A DNA stretch of 40,952 nucleotides from Akkermansia sp. (GCA_017521145.1 JAFXDR010000033.1:1-40952); one strand, 5' to 3'; shown: positions 15,067 to 24,800, counted from the stretch's first letter. Numbers and translations: made by a program. The notes: generated from the letters alone by a model not told the origin.

Positions 15067-16506
15067 TCAGAAATCAAAGTAAATGAACGGCAACATACCC
15101 TCAGGCCCCATGGCCAGAATAGCACCACCCAGCACACCCGCCACCAGAGCCTGCACTACCCAGGGCAAGCGGGCCATCAGGGCGGCAAAACGGGAGAAAC
15201 AGGCAGGCCCCACCCATTGCATGACCAGCACCAGAGCGATAATGAGGAGAATGCGCAGGTCAAAGCTGCCGCTCCCGCCACCCTGTACCACGCTCCGGAA
15301 CACGCCGCAGGCTTCGTCAAAAGTACCAGCGCGGAAAAACACCCACAGAACAGCCACGGAATGGAAGGTCAGCACCCAGGCCAGCACTTTCCCGGTAATG
15401 CTCCACCCACGCCCGTCGAAACGGGAGAACAGGCTCATACGATCACGCAGACTGTGAAAGGCATGCACCACGGCCAGCCCAAGTCCATGGAAAAAGCCCC
15501 AGATGAGGAAATTGAGCCCGCTGCCATGCCAGAGCCCGCCGATAACCATGGTGACGATAAGATTGACATATCGGTTTCCCCTGCGGCTGCCACCCATGGG
15601 GATATAAAGGTAATCGCGCAGCCAGAGTGAAAGGGTGATGTGCCAGCGACGCCAGAATTCCTGGAGGTTCAGCGAGCGGTAGGGCGATTCGAAGTTCTGC
15701 GGCAAGCGGAAGCCCATGAGACGCGCTACGCCTATGGCCAGGTCTGTATACCCGGAAAAGTCGCAGAGTATCTGAATCGTGTAGGCATAGATGCCGACCA
15801 GGGCTGCGGTAGAAGAATAGCTGTCCGGCATCTCGAAGAGCGGGTCTACCAGATTCCGGGAAAGGAAAGTGGCCAGCACCACTTTCTTGAACAGACCACT
15901 GAGGATATAGCAAATACCCTCGTTGAAATCCGATGCCTCTGCCCGGGTACGCTGAAGCTGGGGAAAGAACTGCTTCCCACGCATGATAGGCCCGGCCATA
16001 ATGGTGGGAAAGAAAGAGACATAGGCCAGCACATCCGGGAAACTACGCGGCGGCAGGGTCCGGTCGCGGTAGTGGTCAATCACCAGCGAGAGCCCCATGA
16101 AAGAATAGAACGAAAGCCCCGCTGGCAGCACTACATCACCCATGCCGGATTCCATGAGCCACTGATGCAGGCAGCCATTCCCCAGGGGAAGTTCAGTCAG
16201 CAGCAGAAACAAGGGCTCTGCGTACTTGTAAAATGCCAGCAGGCAGACATGCAAAGCCACATCGCCCGCTACCAGCCATTTTCGCGTAGCTTCCCGCTCG
16301 CTGGATGCCACCAGCCGCACCGTGCCCCAGTTCACCGCAGCCACAAGCAGCAGCAGAGCAAGATAATTCACCCCCAGCTGGCCGTAGAAAAACAGACTCA
16401 CCAGCACCAGGAACCATTTGAACCACGCCCCCCTCCGACGCAGTATCCATCCCAGGCAGAGCACGGGCAGGAAGAAAAGCACAAAACTGACGGTGGCGAA
16501 GTTCAA
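15067..16506 (-). CDS. MBOAT-family O-acyltransferase (AlgI/PatA/DltB-like)
   Basis: LPAGLSFYSF, FFPTIMAGPI, GLFKK, DFSGYTDLAIG, NF.SPY, FWRRWHITLSLWLRDYLYIPMGGSR and GLWHG (catalytic His). TTG start. Confidence 0.93.
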   Translation of the reverse strand: MNFATVSFVLFFLPVLCLGWILRRRGAWFKWFLVLVSLFFYGQLGVNYLALLLLVAAVNWGTVRLVASSEREATRKWLVAGDVALHVCLLAFYKYAEPLFLLLTELPLGNGCLHQWLMESGMGDVVLPAGLSFYSFMGLSLVIDHYRDRTLPPRSFPDVLAYVSFFPTIMAGPIMRGKQFFPQLQRTRAEASDFNEGICYILSGLFKKVVLATFLSRNLVDPLFEMPDSYSSTAALVGIYAYTIQILCDFSGYTDLAIGVARLMGFRLPQNFESPYRSLNLQEFWRRWHITLSLWLRDYLYIPMGGSRRGNRYVNLIVTMVIGGLWHGSGLNFLIWGFFHGLGLAVVHAFHSLRDRMSLFSRFDGRGWSITGKVLAWVLTFHSVAVLWVFFRAGTFDEACGVFRSVVQGGGSGSFDLRILLIIALVLVMQWVGPACFSRFAALMARLPWVVQALVAGVLGGAILAMGPEGMLPFIYFDF

Positions 16507-16530
16507 GGAGAGGAAATGTTATGTCCTGCC

Positions 16531-16559
16531 ATTGTAAAAATTCCACCCTCCCTAGTCAA
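16531..16559 (-). promoter_or_regulatory. Putative promoter of the MBOAT-SGNH-SGNH operon
   Basis: TTGACT, 17 bp spacer, TACAAT. Confidence 0.6.
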
Positions 16560-16565
16560 GCAAAT

Positions 16566-18569
16566 CTAATCGTTATTTTCGAGCATAATGTGTCCCTGCA
16601 GAGGAACCTGCAACACATGGGCACCTTCTCCGGGAGTTCCGGGGAAGAGGATAAGCTGCCTGGCTTCCAGCGCCGCCGCGGGTACGGGCATGTACGGATT
16701 CTTTCCAAGGATGGCAATGTCTGCCCTGCGGGCAGCTGGAGGAAGCGCGTGGTAGACAGGGAATGCTGCATGGCCTATGTAAAGCACCTTGCGATGCTGC
16801 GTTTCCCACAACACCACAGGACTATGTGAAACCGCGCGTTCGCGGGGTAATTCCGCAGGCGGTGGATACAAGGTGAACCGCCCGGCCTGGGTTTCAAAAA
16901 CAAGCCCCTCCGCAGGCAGTTCATGCGCATGGATTACCTGCAATTCCGGCCACATGCGCTGCAGAACCGCAGCGCCCCCACCCGCATTTACCTGTGGTGC
17001 GGAAACCAGCAGCACAGCCGGTGTATACCCGGCGTGAAACAAGGTGGGTACCGTAGTCAGTCCCGCCGTAGTTTCATTGCCACAATCAATAAGGAGCCCG
17101 TGATTGCCCAGCATGGTGAAGCAGCTGCCAAAACGGGTACTCTGTACCAGCAGGGAATGCTCTGAGGCCGGAGGATGCGCCGGAAGATACGCATACGGCA
17201 ACTCACCAAACCATGTAACGACACCCAGCAGCAGAGCAGCCGATTGCTGTGCTGCCCACCCACTTGCTATGCCAACCCAGGGAATTCCGCCCACGCACAA
17301 ATGCAGCAGGCCACAGAACATGACAACGGGCAGCAGTGGAGTAATGGCTATATTGGTCAGGAAACCGGAACTGTTGGCCGAATGGAAGAAATACAGGGTG
17401 ATAGGTACAGATACCAGCCAGGCACTCAGGGAAACGACGATAGTGCCCCGCATGGCATATTCGGCATTGCTCCAGCGGATTTCCCACGGGGTACGCAGCG
17501 AGACGGGGATGTACTCATCCGGCCCGAACCATGCCTTCTCCTGCATGCAGTAGAAAAGACTCAGGCAGATGGTGGCATATATACCGAACGAAAGGATGAA
17601 GCCAGCATTGTAAAGCTGGCTCGGGTCTGTCAGCAGGATGAGCAGCGCAGCAAAACTCCAGGTATTCAGCAGATTCACCCGGCGCTGCAGCATGTAGCCC
17701 GCCAGCAGCACAGCCAGCATGATATACGCGCGTATGGCAGGAACCGCACAACCCGTCATGAGCACATACACACCCACCGATACCAGCAGCAGGGGCCGAA
17801 TCACCACCGGGCGCACCCGCAGCAATTTCAACAGAAACCACAGAATACCCGACACCAGGCCAACGTGCAGGCCACTCACCGCAAAGGCATGCAGACAACC
17901 GCCGTTACGGAACCCCTCCAGGGTCTCACTCTCAGCCCCGCTCTTATCACCCAGCACCAGGGCGCAAAGCACCTGCCGGGCGGCATCCGTCTCCGTACCA
18001 GGTGGCATCAGCCGCCGCGCCAGGCTCTCGCGAATGCGAAGCCCCCAGTGCTGCACCGTGCGAAAGGAAAGCGGCTTTCCCAGTTTCTCCCCCTCCAGAT
18101 AATCCAGAGATGCAGCTATCCCCTGCCCGTGTCTCCAATCTGCAGCATGGAACACACCGCGCACCGGCGGGGGCTCAGCTTCCCGCCACGCAGCACGCAC
18201 GCGAACCACATCACCCGGGGTAAACGGCATTTCGCCCCGCAACTGCACCCGCACACCATTCCACCCGGTGCTCAGCACACAGCCACGAGTCAGGCATCGT
18301 TCCACCGTGCCGCGCAATTCCACCACTTCCTGTAATTCCAATTGCTCACAGAATGTTTCCGCACGTTCACGGATTGACTGCGTATGCAAACCGGACACCA
18401 GGGCACACAGCAAAGAACAGGCTGCAATTCGCCATAAACGCCAATATAAAGCGAGCAGAAACACCGCCACAGCGGTGAGCAACCAATACCCGCCCGCAAC
18501 AGCCCCCACCACCGCCAGCAGTGGCAGAAACAACGGGGCAGCTTGAGCATGGCGGCGAAGAAGCTTCAT
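16566..18569 (-). CDS. comEC: ComEC/Rec2 competence DNA-uptake channel
   Basis: ALVLGDK, GCLHAFAVSGLHVG, PAIRA and GFILSF, several TM segments, and a degenerate C-terminal MBL-like region (LLIDCG). Confidence 0.88.
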   Translation of the reverse strand: MKLLRRHAQAAPLFLPLLAVVGAVAGGYWLLTAVAVFLLALYWRLWRIAACSLLCALVSGLHTQSIRERAETFCEQLELQEVVELRGTVERCLTRGCVLSTGWNGVRVQLRGEMPFTPGDVVRVRAAWREAEPPPVRGVFHAADWRHGQGIAASLDYLEGEKLGKPLSFRTVQHWGLRIRESLARRLMPPGTETDAARQVLCALVLGDKSGAESETLEGFRNGGCLHAFAVSGLHVGLVSGILWFLLKLLRVRPVVIRPLLLVSVGVYVLMTGCAVPAIRAYIMLAVLLAGYMLQRRVNLLNTWSFAALLILLTDPSQLYNAGFILSFGIYATICLSLFYCMQEKAWFGPDEYIPVSLRTPWEIRWSNAEYAMRGTIVVSLSAWLVSVPITLYFFHSANSSGFLTNIAITPLLPVVMFCGLLHLCVGGIPWVGIASGWAAQQSAALLLGVVTWFGELPYAYLPAHPPASEHSLLVQSTRFGSCFTMLGNHGLLIDCGNETTAGLTTVPTLFHAGYTPAVLLVSAPQVNAGGGAAVLQRMWPELQVIHAHELPAEGLVFETQAGRFTLYPPPAELPRERAVSHSPVVLWETQHRKVLYIGHAAFPVYHALPPAARRADIAILGKNPYMPVPAAALEARQLILFPGTPGEGAHVLQVPLQGHIMLENND

Positions 18570-18691
18570 CTTGCATCAGTATATGATGATGACAATAACA
18601 TTATGGACTCTCTGACCGCAAGAAAAATCAACTGTACAATCAATGAAAGCTCAACAAAGAAAGGTTGCCATTCGCCCGTTCGCATGCTAGC

Positions 18692-19321
18692 ATGAACTTA
18701 CGTATGCTACAAAGAAGACTCTCTCTCCTCATCACCCTGATACTACTCTGCTGCCTGAGCAGCTGCATCAGCTTCAATACCGGAGCCAGACTGGACAGTC
18801 TGGGAAAGGCTGTACCCACAGCCACCACATACAATGGGTCGTGCTACCGGCTCAACGGCGTGGCATACAAGGAAGTGATGGTGGAATACCGGCAGCCGAA
18901 TCCCCACCTCATCGGCACAGCCTTCATGGGCTATTTTGATAACAGCGGGCCAGGTCTCCCGGCCGCAGACGAGACCGTAGCCCCGCAGCCGGAGCTCTAT
19001 CTGGCTCGCCTGAGCCCCGCACGTACTGATGCCCCCGGCTTCATCCGCGCCATTGATTTCCCCTATGCCCGGGCCGAGAGGCTCACCCAGAGCAGCAGTC
19101 TCCCGGAATCCTGTTTCAAGCACATGGACTGGCTGACCCTCACCCGCAGCCAGATTGATACAAACCACGAACTGGCAGAGCTGCCGACCATCCGCACCAC
19201 AGGAAACCAGATTCGCCAACCCGTCTCCATTCTGCTTTCCTATGGGGTGGATATGCCCCTCACGGCCGTGGGGTACGCGGTGGGGGGCCTGCTCCAGCTG
19301 CCGATACTGTTGTTTTTCTGA
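18692..19321 (+). CDS. Hypothetical lipoprotein with a C-terminal hydrophobic segment
   Basis: Lipobox LSS|C after a hydrophobic core, and a hydrophobic C-terminus. Start is ATG 18692 or 18704. Confidence 0.65.
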   Translation: MNLRMLQRRLSLLITLILLCCLSSCISFNTGARLDSLGKAVPTATTYNGSCYRLNGVAYKEVMVEYRQPNPHLIGTAFMGYFDNSGPGLPAADETVAPQPELYLARLSPARTDAPGFIRAIDFPYARAERLTQSSSLPESCFKHMDWLTLTRSQIDTNHELAELPTIRTTGNQIRQPVSILLSYGVDMPLTAVGYAVGGLLQLPILLFF

Positions 19322-19361
19322 CAAAATCAGCCCCGTCGGCATTACCTGCCGCACTTGCAGC

Positions 19362-19391
19362 TTGACCGGAGGGGAGTGTTTCTGATAGTCT
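19362..19391 (+). promoter_or_regulatory. Putative promoter of the ABC operon, leaderless geometry
   Basis: TTGACC, 18 bp spacer, TAGTCT, then 7 nt to ATG 19399. Confidence 0.5.
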
Positions 19392-19398
19392 GTTACGA

Positions 19399-20379
19399 AT
19401 GCTCAGAAAACTACTCAGTTGCCTTTTTCTGGTGTGCTCCCTGCCCATCATGGTGAGCTGCAACCAGGAAGACCCGGACAGCACGGTGATCCGCATAGGC
19501 GGATTCCCGAATGTGACCCATGTGCAGGCACTGGTAGCGCGCAACATGAGCCGCCACGGCGAAGGATGGTTCGAGCGCTACCTGCCCGGCTACACCATTG
19601 AATGGTACACCTACAACGCCGGACCAACCGCCATGGAAGCAATCTTCGGGCGCACGACCGACCTCACCTATGTGGGGCCAAGCCCCGCGCTGAATGCCTA
19701 TGCCGTATCAGCCGGGCGTGAAGTACGCCTGCTGGCGGGTGCGGTGAACGGGGGCGCTGCTCTTCTTGTTGCTCCGGATAGCGGTATCCGCTCCGCCGCC
19801 GATTTCAAGGGACGCAGCATTGCCACTCCGCAGCTGGGGAACACGCAGGATGTCTCCTGCCGGGCATGGCTTACCAGGAACGGGCTGAAATGCACCCTGG
19901 AGGGTGCCGGGGATTGCCGCGTGGCTCCCACGCCAAACTCGATGCAGCTGCAACTCATGAAACAGGGCGATATCGATGCCTGCTGGACAGTGGAACCCTG
20001 GGTCTCCCGGCTGGAATCCATGGCAAACGCCCGCATTCTCATACAAGAGCCGGATGTTGTCACCACTGTTCTCGCCGGGCGTGTAGCCTGGCTGAAAAGG
20101 CATCCTGAACAGGTATCTGCCATCATCCGAGCCCACCTCGACCTGACCCGCTGGATTATCGAAAACCCGGAAGCAGCCCAGGCCAGAGTAGTGGATGAAC
20201 TGACGCAACTGACCCAGGCTCCCATGGATCCGCAATTGGTCCGAAGCGCCTGGAAACGGCTCAAGCTCACCGGTGAGATAGACCTGCCGGGGCTGACTCA
20301 ATTTGTAAAAGATGCACAGGCCGCCGGACTGCTGGACCGCACCCCCCCACTGGATGGAATGATTTACAGACAAGACTGA
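19399..20379 (+). CDS. ABC transporter substrate-binding lipoprotein, SsuA/NitT/TauA family
   Basis: Lipobox-like MVS|C, plus FPNVTH, YNAGP, YVGPSPA, IATPQLGNTQDV and VEPWVSRL. Confidence 0.88.
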   Translation: MLRKLLSCLFLVCSLPIMVSCNQEDPDSTVIRIGGFPNVTHVQALVARNMSRHGEGWFERYLPGYTIEWYTYNAGPTAMEAIFGRTTDLTYVGPSPALNAYAVSAGREVRLLAGAVNGGAALLVAPDSGIRSAADFKGRSIATPQLGNTQDVSCRAWLTRNGLKCTLEGAGDCRVAPTPNSMQLQLMKQGDIDACWTVEPWVSRLESMANARILIQEPDVVTTVLAGRVAWLKRHPEQVSAIIRAHLDLTRWIIENPEAAQARVVDELTQLTQAPMDPQLVRSAWKRLKLTGEIDLPGLTQFVKDAQAAGLLDRTPPLDGMIYRQD

Positions 20380-21188
20380 TGACACAAGAAAAACTACACC
20401 AGGAAATACACAACTTCCCCACGGCAAAGCTCAGCATTGAGCACGTGTGCAAGGACTTTGTAACCAAACGCGGCACGGTGCGAGCCCTGGACGATGTTTC
20501 ACTCACCATCAACGAAGGCGAATTCGTCTGCTTTGTGGGGCCCAGCGGCTGCGGCAAATCCACCCTGCTCAACATCATAGCCGGGCTGGAGAAGCCGGAT
20601 AGCGGACTGGCCCTTATAGATGGCACCCCCATCACCGGCCCCGGCCGCGACCGCATGGTCATGTTCCAGGAACACGCCCTTTTCCCCTGGCTGGATGTCA
20701 TCGGCAACGTGATGTTCGGCCTCAAGCAGAAACCCAACCTTACCGATAAAGAGCGGCTGGAGGTAGCCAAATACTACCTGTACCTTGTCAAGATGGACCG
20801 CTTTGCCCATGCCAACATCCACGAACTGAGCGGCGGCATGCGCCAGCGCGTTGCACTGGCTCGTTCCCTGGCGCCCAACCCCAAGATTCTGCTCATGGAT
20901 GAACCTTTCTCTGCGCTGGATGCCATGACCCGCGAGCGGCTCTACGGCGATATCCAGGATGTGTGGGAGAAGCGCCGCAAGACCATCGTCTTTGTGACCC
21001 ACAATGTGCGCGAAGCCGTGTGCCTGGGCAGCCGCGTGGTGCTTTTCTCACCGCATCCCGGCCGCGTTCGCGAAGAGTTCCCGGTTTATCTTGCCCGCCC
21101 GCGTAATATCAACAACCACGACCTGGCCGACCTCTCGCAGAGCATCACCTCGGCGCTCAAGGGCTACACCGCCAACGAATCTGATTAA
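20379..21188 (+). CDS. ABC transporter ATP-binding protein, SsuB/TauB family
   Basis: GPSGCGKST, FQEHALFPW, LSGGMRQR, LLMDEPFSALD and VTH. Confidence 0.93.
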   Translation: MTQEKLHQEIHNFPTAKLSIEHVCKDFVTKRGTVRALDDVSLTINEGEFVCFVGPSGCGKSTLLNIIAGLEKPDSGLALIDGTPITGPGRDRMVMFQEHALFPWLDVIGNVMFGLKQKPNLTDKERLEVAKYYLYLVKMDRFAHANIHELSGGMRQRVALARSLAPNPKILLMDEPFSALDAMTRERLYGDIQDVWEKRRKTIVFVTHNVREAVCLGSRVVLFSPHPGRVREEFPVYLARPRNINNHDLADLSQSITSALKGYTANESD

Positions 21189-21194
21189 CCCGCC

Positions 21195-21986
21195 ATGAAA
21201 CGCGTTCTCATCACCATCATTTTCTTCAGCCTGCTCATTCTGGTATGGGCAGCGCTCACCGGGGATCTGTCTGCTTTCGGCCTCGAGCTCAGCCTGTGGT
21301 CACCCTACGTGCTGCCGCCTCCCAGCACAGTGGGTCATTATCTTATCGATAATACCGTCAACGGGAAAATTCCCCTCTCCATGCTCATTACCCTGCGACG
21401 CCTGCTGGTGGGCTATGTCATCGGTCTGGCACTGGGGGTGCCTCTGGGTATGCTGGCAGCGCGCTTCCGCTGCGTGAATGATACCCTGGGCATGCTGGCA
21501 CTGGGTCTGCAGGCGCTGCCCAGCGTGTGCTGGGTTCCGCTGGCCTGCATCTGGTTCGGGCAGACAGAAGCCGCCCTGCTCTTTGTGGTTATCATGGGTA
21601 CCCTGTGGAGCGTGCTGCTCTCCACCCAGAATGGCATGAAGAACGTGCCGCCCATCTATGCCCGCGCCGCCCGCACCATGGGTTCCAGCCCGCTGCATAC
21701 GCTCGTGTTCGTCACCCTGCCCGCCTCGGCTCCCTTTGTAGTAAGCGGCATGAAGCAGGGCTGGGCTTTCGCCTGGCGCTCGCTCATGGCGGCAGAAATC
21801 TATGTATCCGTGGTCTCCGGTTTCGGTATCGGCCAGTACCTGCACTATGGCCGCGAGCTGCAGCGCATGTACCAGGTCATCGGCATTATGTTCATCATCA
21901 TTGCCGTAGGCTTGCTGGCAGATAAGATTCTGTTTTCACCTGTGGAATCCTGGCTGCACCGCCGCTGGGGAACTGATAAGGACTGA
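21195..21986 (+). CDS. ABC transporter permease, SsuC/TauC family
   Basis: LPPP, the EAA-like loop ARAARTMG, AWRSLMAAE, and about 6 TM segments. Confidence 0.9.
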   Translation: MKRVLITIIFFSLLILVWAALTGDLSAFGLELSLWSPYVLPPPSTVGHYLIDNTVNGKIPLSMLITLRRLLVGYVIGLALGVPLGMLAARFRCVNDTLGMLALGLQALPSVCWVPLACIWFGQTEAALLFVVIMGTLWSVLLSTQNGMKNVPPIYARAARTMGSSPLHTLVFVTLPASAPFVVSGMKQGWAFAWRSLMAAEIYVSVVSGFGIGQYLHYGRELQRMYQVIGIMFIIIAVGLLADKILFSPVESWLHRRWGTDKD

Positions 21987-22001
21987 TTGACTATTGCTGC
22001 T

Positions 22002-23381
22002 ATGATGCCGGACTGGATTGATGAGCTCAGGGGGCTGCTGGGAGAGTGCGTGCGCACGGACGATGCCACGCTGCAGGCCCATGCGGGTGATAAATGGCAT
22101 GCCGCGGCGCTGCCGCAGGCTGTGGTGCTGGCCACGGAGACAAAACACGTGGCTACCGCTCTGAAATTTGCCAGTGCACGTGGTATTCCCGTGACCCCGC
22201 GCGGTGCCGGCGTGGGCTATGTGGGCGGCTGCGTGCCGGTCAAGGGAGGCATTGTCATTTCCGTGGCCCGCATGACCCGCATTCTGGAGGTCAACCCGGC
22301 CGATGGGGTGGCCGTGGTGGAAGCCGGCGTGCTCACCGCCGATCTGCAGGCCGCCTGTGCTGAGCAGGGCTGGTTCTACCCGCCTGACCCCGCCTCGCGC
22401 AAGGAATCCAGCATAGGCGGCAACATTGCCACCAATGCCGGCGGTCCCCGCTGCCTGAAATACGGCGTGACCCGCGCCTATGTGCTGGGGCTCACCGTAG
22501 TGCTGGCCGATGGCCGTGTGCTGCGCTGCGGCGGGCGCACCCACAAGAACAAGCAGGGCTTTGACCTGGTGGGGCTTTTCTGCGGCAGCGAAGGCATGCT
22601 CGGCATTGTAACCGAAGCCACGCTGCGTATCATTCCCGCACCGCCTGCCCGCGCCGCACTGCACGCCAGCTTCCCGCAATTTGCCCTGGCCGCCGCCGCG
22701 GTGCAGAACACCCTGCAAGGCGGCCACCTTCCCTGCGCCATCGAAATCACGGATGCCTTTACCCTGGCCGCCGCCCGCAAGCACCTGGGTCCCAGCGCCC
22801 TGCCCGCCGGCGCCAGGGGGCACATCATCATTGAAATTGATGGCCAGGCCGATGCCGTGGCCACCGAGCTGGAAGCCATTGCCGCCATTCTGCGCGGAAC
22901 CGGCGCCACCGATGTGGTCTACGCCCGCACCGAAGAAGAAGTCGAAGGCATCTGGCAGCTGCGCCGCGAATTCTCCTACAGTCTGAAAGCCACCGGGCTC
23001 ACCAAGCTCAACGAAGATATCGTCATTCCCCGCTCGCAGCTGGTGGCGCTCGTCAGCTTCTGCGAGAGCATGCAGCAGGAAACCGGAATCCCCGTGGCCT
23101 GCTTCGGCCACAGCGGCGATGGCAACATCCACACCAATATCATGGTGCTCAAGGATGCCACCGGACGCGATATCCGCGAACCGGCCGATGCCCTGGTGAA
23201 CCGCCTTTTCGACTGGGTGATGGCTCACGGCGGCAGCATCACCGGCGAGCACGGAATCGGCCTGGCCAAAGCACCCTGGTTTGAACAGGCCATCGGCAGC
23301 GTTGCCATGGATACCCACCGGACTCTCAAGGCTGCGCTTGACCCCGCAGGCATTCTCAATCCCGGCAAAATGAACCTGTAA
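22002..23381 (+). CDS. FAD-linked oxidoreductase, GlcD / D-2-hydroxyacid dehydrogenase family
   Basis: PRGAGVGYVGG, YPPDPAS, IGGNIATNAGG, KYGVT, GSEGMLG, GHSGDGNIH, GEHGIG and LNPGK. Start is ATG 22002, or TTG 21987. Confidence 0.88.
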   Translation: MMPDWIDELRGLLGECVRTDDATLQAHAGDKWHAAALPQAVVLATETKHVATALKFASARGIPVTPRGAGVGYVGGCVPVKGGIVISVARMTRILEVNPADGVAVVEAGVLTADLQAACAEQGWFYPPDPASRKESSIGGNIATNAGGPRCLKYGVTRAYVLGLTVVLADGRVLRCGGRTHKNKQGFDLVGLFCGSEGMLGIVTEATLRIIPAPPARAALHASFPQFALAAAAVQNTLQGGHLPCAIEITDAFTLAAARKHLGPSALPAGARGHIIIEIDGQADAVATELEAIAAILRGTGATDVVYARTEEEVEGIWQLRREFSYSLKATGLTKLNEDIVIPRSQLVALVSFCESMQQETGIPVACFGHSGDGNIHTNIMVLKDATGRDIREPADALVNRLFDWVMAHGGSITGEHGIGLAKAPWFEQAIGSVAMDTHRTLKAALDPAGILNPGKMNL

Positions 23382-23405
23382 GCCCCCCACTAACACGATA
23401 TGGGG

Positions 23406-23434
23406 TTGACACATCCCCCGCTGCGCCGTATCAT
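23406..23434 (+). promoter_or_regulatory. Putative sigma70 promoter
   Basis: TTGACA, 17 bp spacer, TATCAT. Confidence 0.65.
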
Positions 23435-23449
23435 ATCTCCCGGCAAATT

Positions 23450-23821
23450 ATGAAAAAGCTCCTTACCATCGTCCTTGTTGTCATCATTGCCGTGCTGGGT
23501 ACCGTTTTCGCCCTCACCCAGTCCGGTCATCTTAAGGGTCTTGGCCTCAGTGCCCCGATTGAAATCAGCGTACGCGACTCCCTGCTCTTCTCCGGCAAGG
23601 TGGTCAAGGTGGTGAACACAGATAAGGAAACACCCCTGGAATGCACGCTGACAGTGAGCACCACCAGCGGCGACATGACCAAGAGCCACACTTTCCAGCT
23701 CAACCCTGGGCTCTTCTACGAAATCGGCATGGTGCAGATGCAGTGGAATTTCAAATCCGGTGAAAAGGTGCAGGTAAAGACAAAAGGCTACCTGCTGCCG
23801 GAGAGATTCCAGATTCCCTGA
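23450..23821 (+). CDS. Hypothetical N-terminally anchored small beta-rich protein
   Basis: Hydrophobic N-terminus, with its own promoter and terminator. Confidence 0.7.
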   Translation: MKKLLTIVLVVIIAVLGTVFALTQSGHLKGLGLSAPIEISVRDSLLFSGKVVKVVNTDKETPLECTLTVSTTSGDMTKSHTFQLNPGLFYEIGMVQMQWNFKSGEKVQVKTKGYLLPERFQIP

Positions 23822-23844
23822 TGCATCCCGCAACCTTTTTCCAG

Positions 23845-23875
23845 AAGCCCGCAGTGCCATGCTGCGGGCTTTTTG
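23845..23875 (+). terminator. Intrinsic terminator
   Basis: AAGCCCGCAG-TGCCATG-CTGCGGGCTT followed by a T run. Confidence 0.8.
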
Positions 23876-23895
23876 CGTTATGACTTTACACCTGC

Positions 23896-23924
23896 TTGCG
23901 CAGCCCCTGTGTGCGTGCTAAAGT
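23896..23924 (+). promoter_or_regulatory. Putative FKBP gene promoter, leaderless geometry
   Basis: TTGCGC, 17 bp spacer, TG-C-TAAAGT, then 6 nt to ATG 23931. Confidence 0.5.
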
Positions 23925-23930
23925 GGAGTC

Positions 23931-24566
23931 ATGGATAACGACCAGATGATTAAAGTGATGTCCTACCTCATCGGCTACCGCGTAGGCAGCCAGGTCATGC
24001 CGCAGATGCTGCCCGGGCTCCAGGGCGCCGATGTGCTGGCCGAGATGCTGGGCAAGGGGTTCCAGGATGGCCTTTCCGGCAACATGGATATGAGCCTCAT
24101 TGATGAACATGTCAACGAATACCAGCAGACCTTCCTCTCCATGCTCCAGAAGCGTGGCGATGAAAAAGCCCGGAAGAATCTGGAAATTGGTAAGAAGTAC
24201 ATGGAGGAAAACGGCAGGAAAGAAGGCGTGACCACCACCGCCTCCGGCCTGCAGTACGAGGTTATCACCCCCGGCAGCGGCGAAAGCTATGATGCCGCCA
24301 GGCATGGTGAAGCCCCCACTGCCGAGGTGATGTACAAGGGCACACTGGTAGACGGCACCGTGTTCGACCAGAGCCAGGCTCCTGTGAAGTTCAACATCCG
24401 CCAGGTTATCCCCGGTTTCACCGAAGCGCTCAAGCTCATGCCCGTGGGTGCCAAGTGGCGTGTCACCATCCCCTCTGACCTTGCCTACGGCGCCAACGGC
24501 CCCGGCAGCATTGGCCCGAACAGCACGCTCATCTTCGAAATGGAGCTGCTGGGGCTCACCAAGTAA
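23931..24566 (+). CDS. FKBP-type peptidyl-prolyl isomerase (FklB/Mip-like, with an N-terminal dimerisation domain)
   Basis: SYLIG, TASGLQYEV, YKGTLVDGTVFD, VIPGFTEAL, IPSDLAYG and IGPNSTLIFE. Confidence 0.93.
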   Translation: MDNDQMIKVMSYLIGYRVGSQVMPQMLPGLQGADVLAEMLGKGFQDGLSGNMDMSLIDEHVNEYQQTFLSMLQKRGDEKARKNLEIGKKYMEENGRKEGVTTTASGLQYEVITPGSGESYDAARHGEAPTAEVMYKGTLVDGTVFDQSQAPVKFNIRQVIPGFTEALKLMPVGAKWRVTIPSDLAYGANGPGSIGPNSTLIFEMELLGLTK

Positions 24567-24581
24567 CCCACCAGAACCACC

Positions 24582-24773
24582 ATGGCCGACTACTCTTCCC
24601 GCCGCACCGCGATTACCCGCGTATGCCTTTTCGGGCTGCTCGGGCTCGTGCTGCTGGGCTATGCCTTGTGCTCACTGGAGGGCAAGGAGAAAATGCTCTT
24701 TGCCGGCATTGGCATCTTCGACCTCGTCTATGCCGCCATCATCTCCTACCCCCTCTGGCGCAAGAAAAAATAA
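24582..24773 (+). CDS. Small two-TM membrane protein
   Basis: 63 aa, starting 15 bp after the FKBP stop. Two hydrophobic helices, a basic tail (WRKKK) and host-like codon usage. Confidence 0.6.
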   Translation: MADYSSRRTAITRVCLFGLLGLVLLGYALCSLEGKEKMLFAGIGIFDLVYAAIISYPLWRKKK

Positions 24774-24800
24774 GTCCTTCACCCACTGTTTCAACACGCA

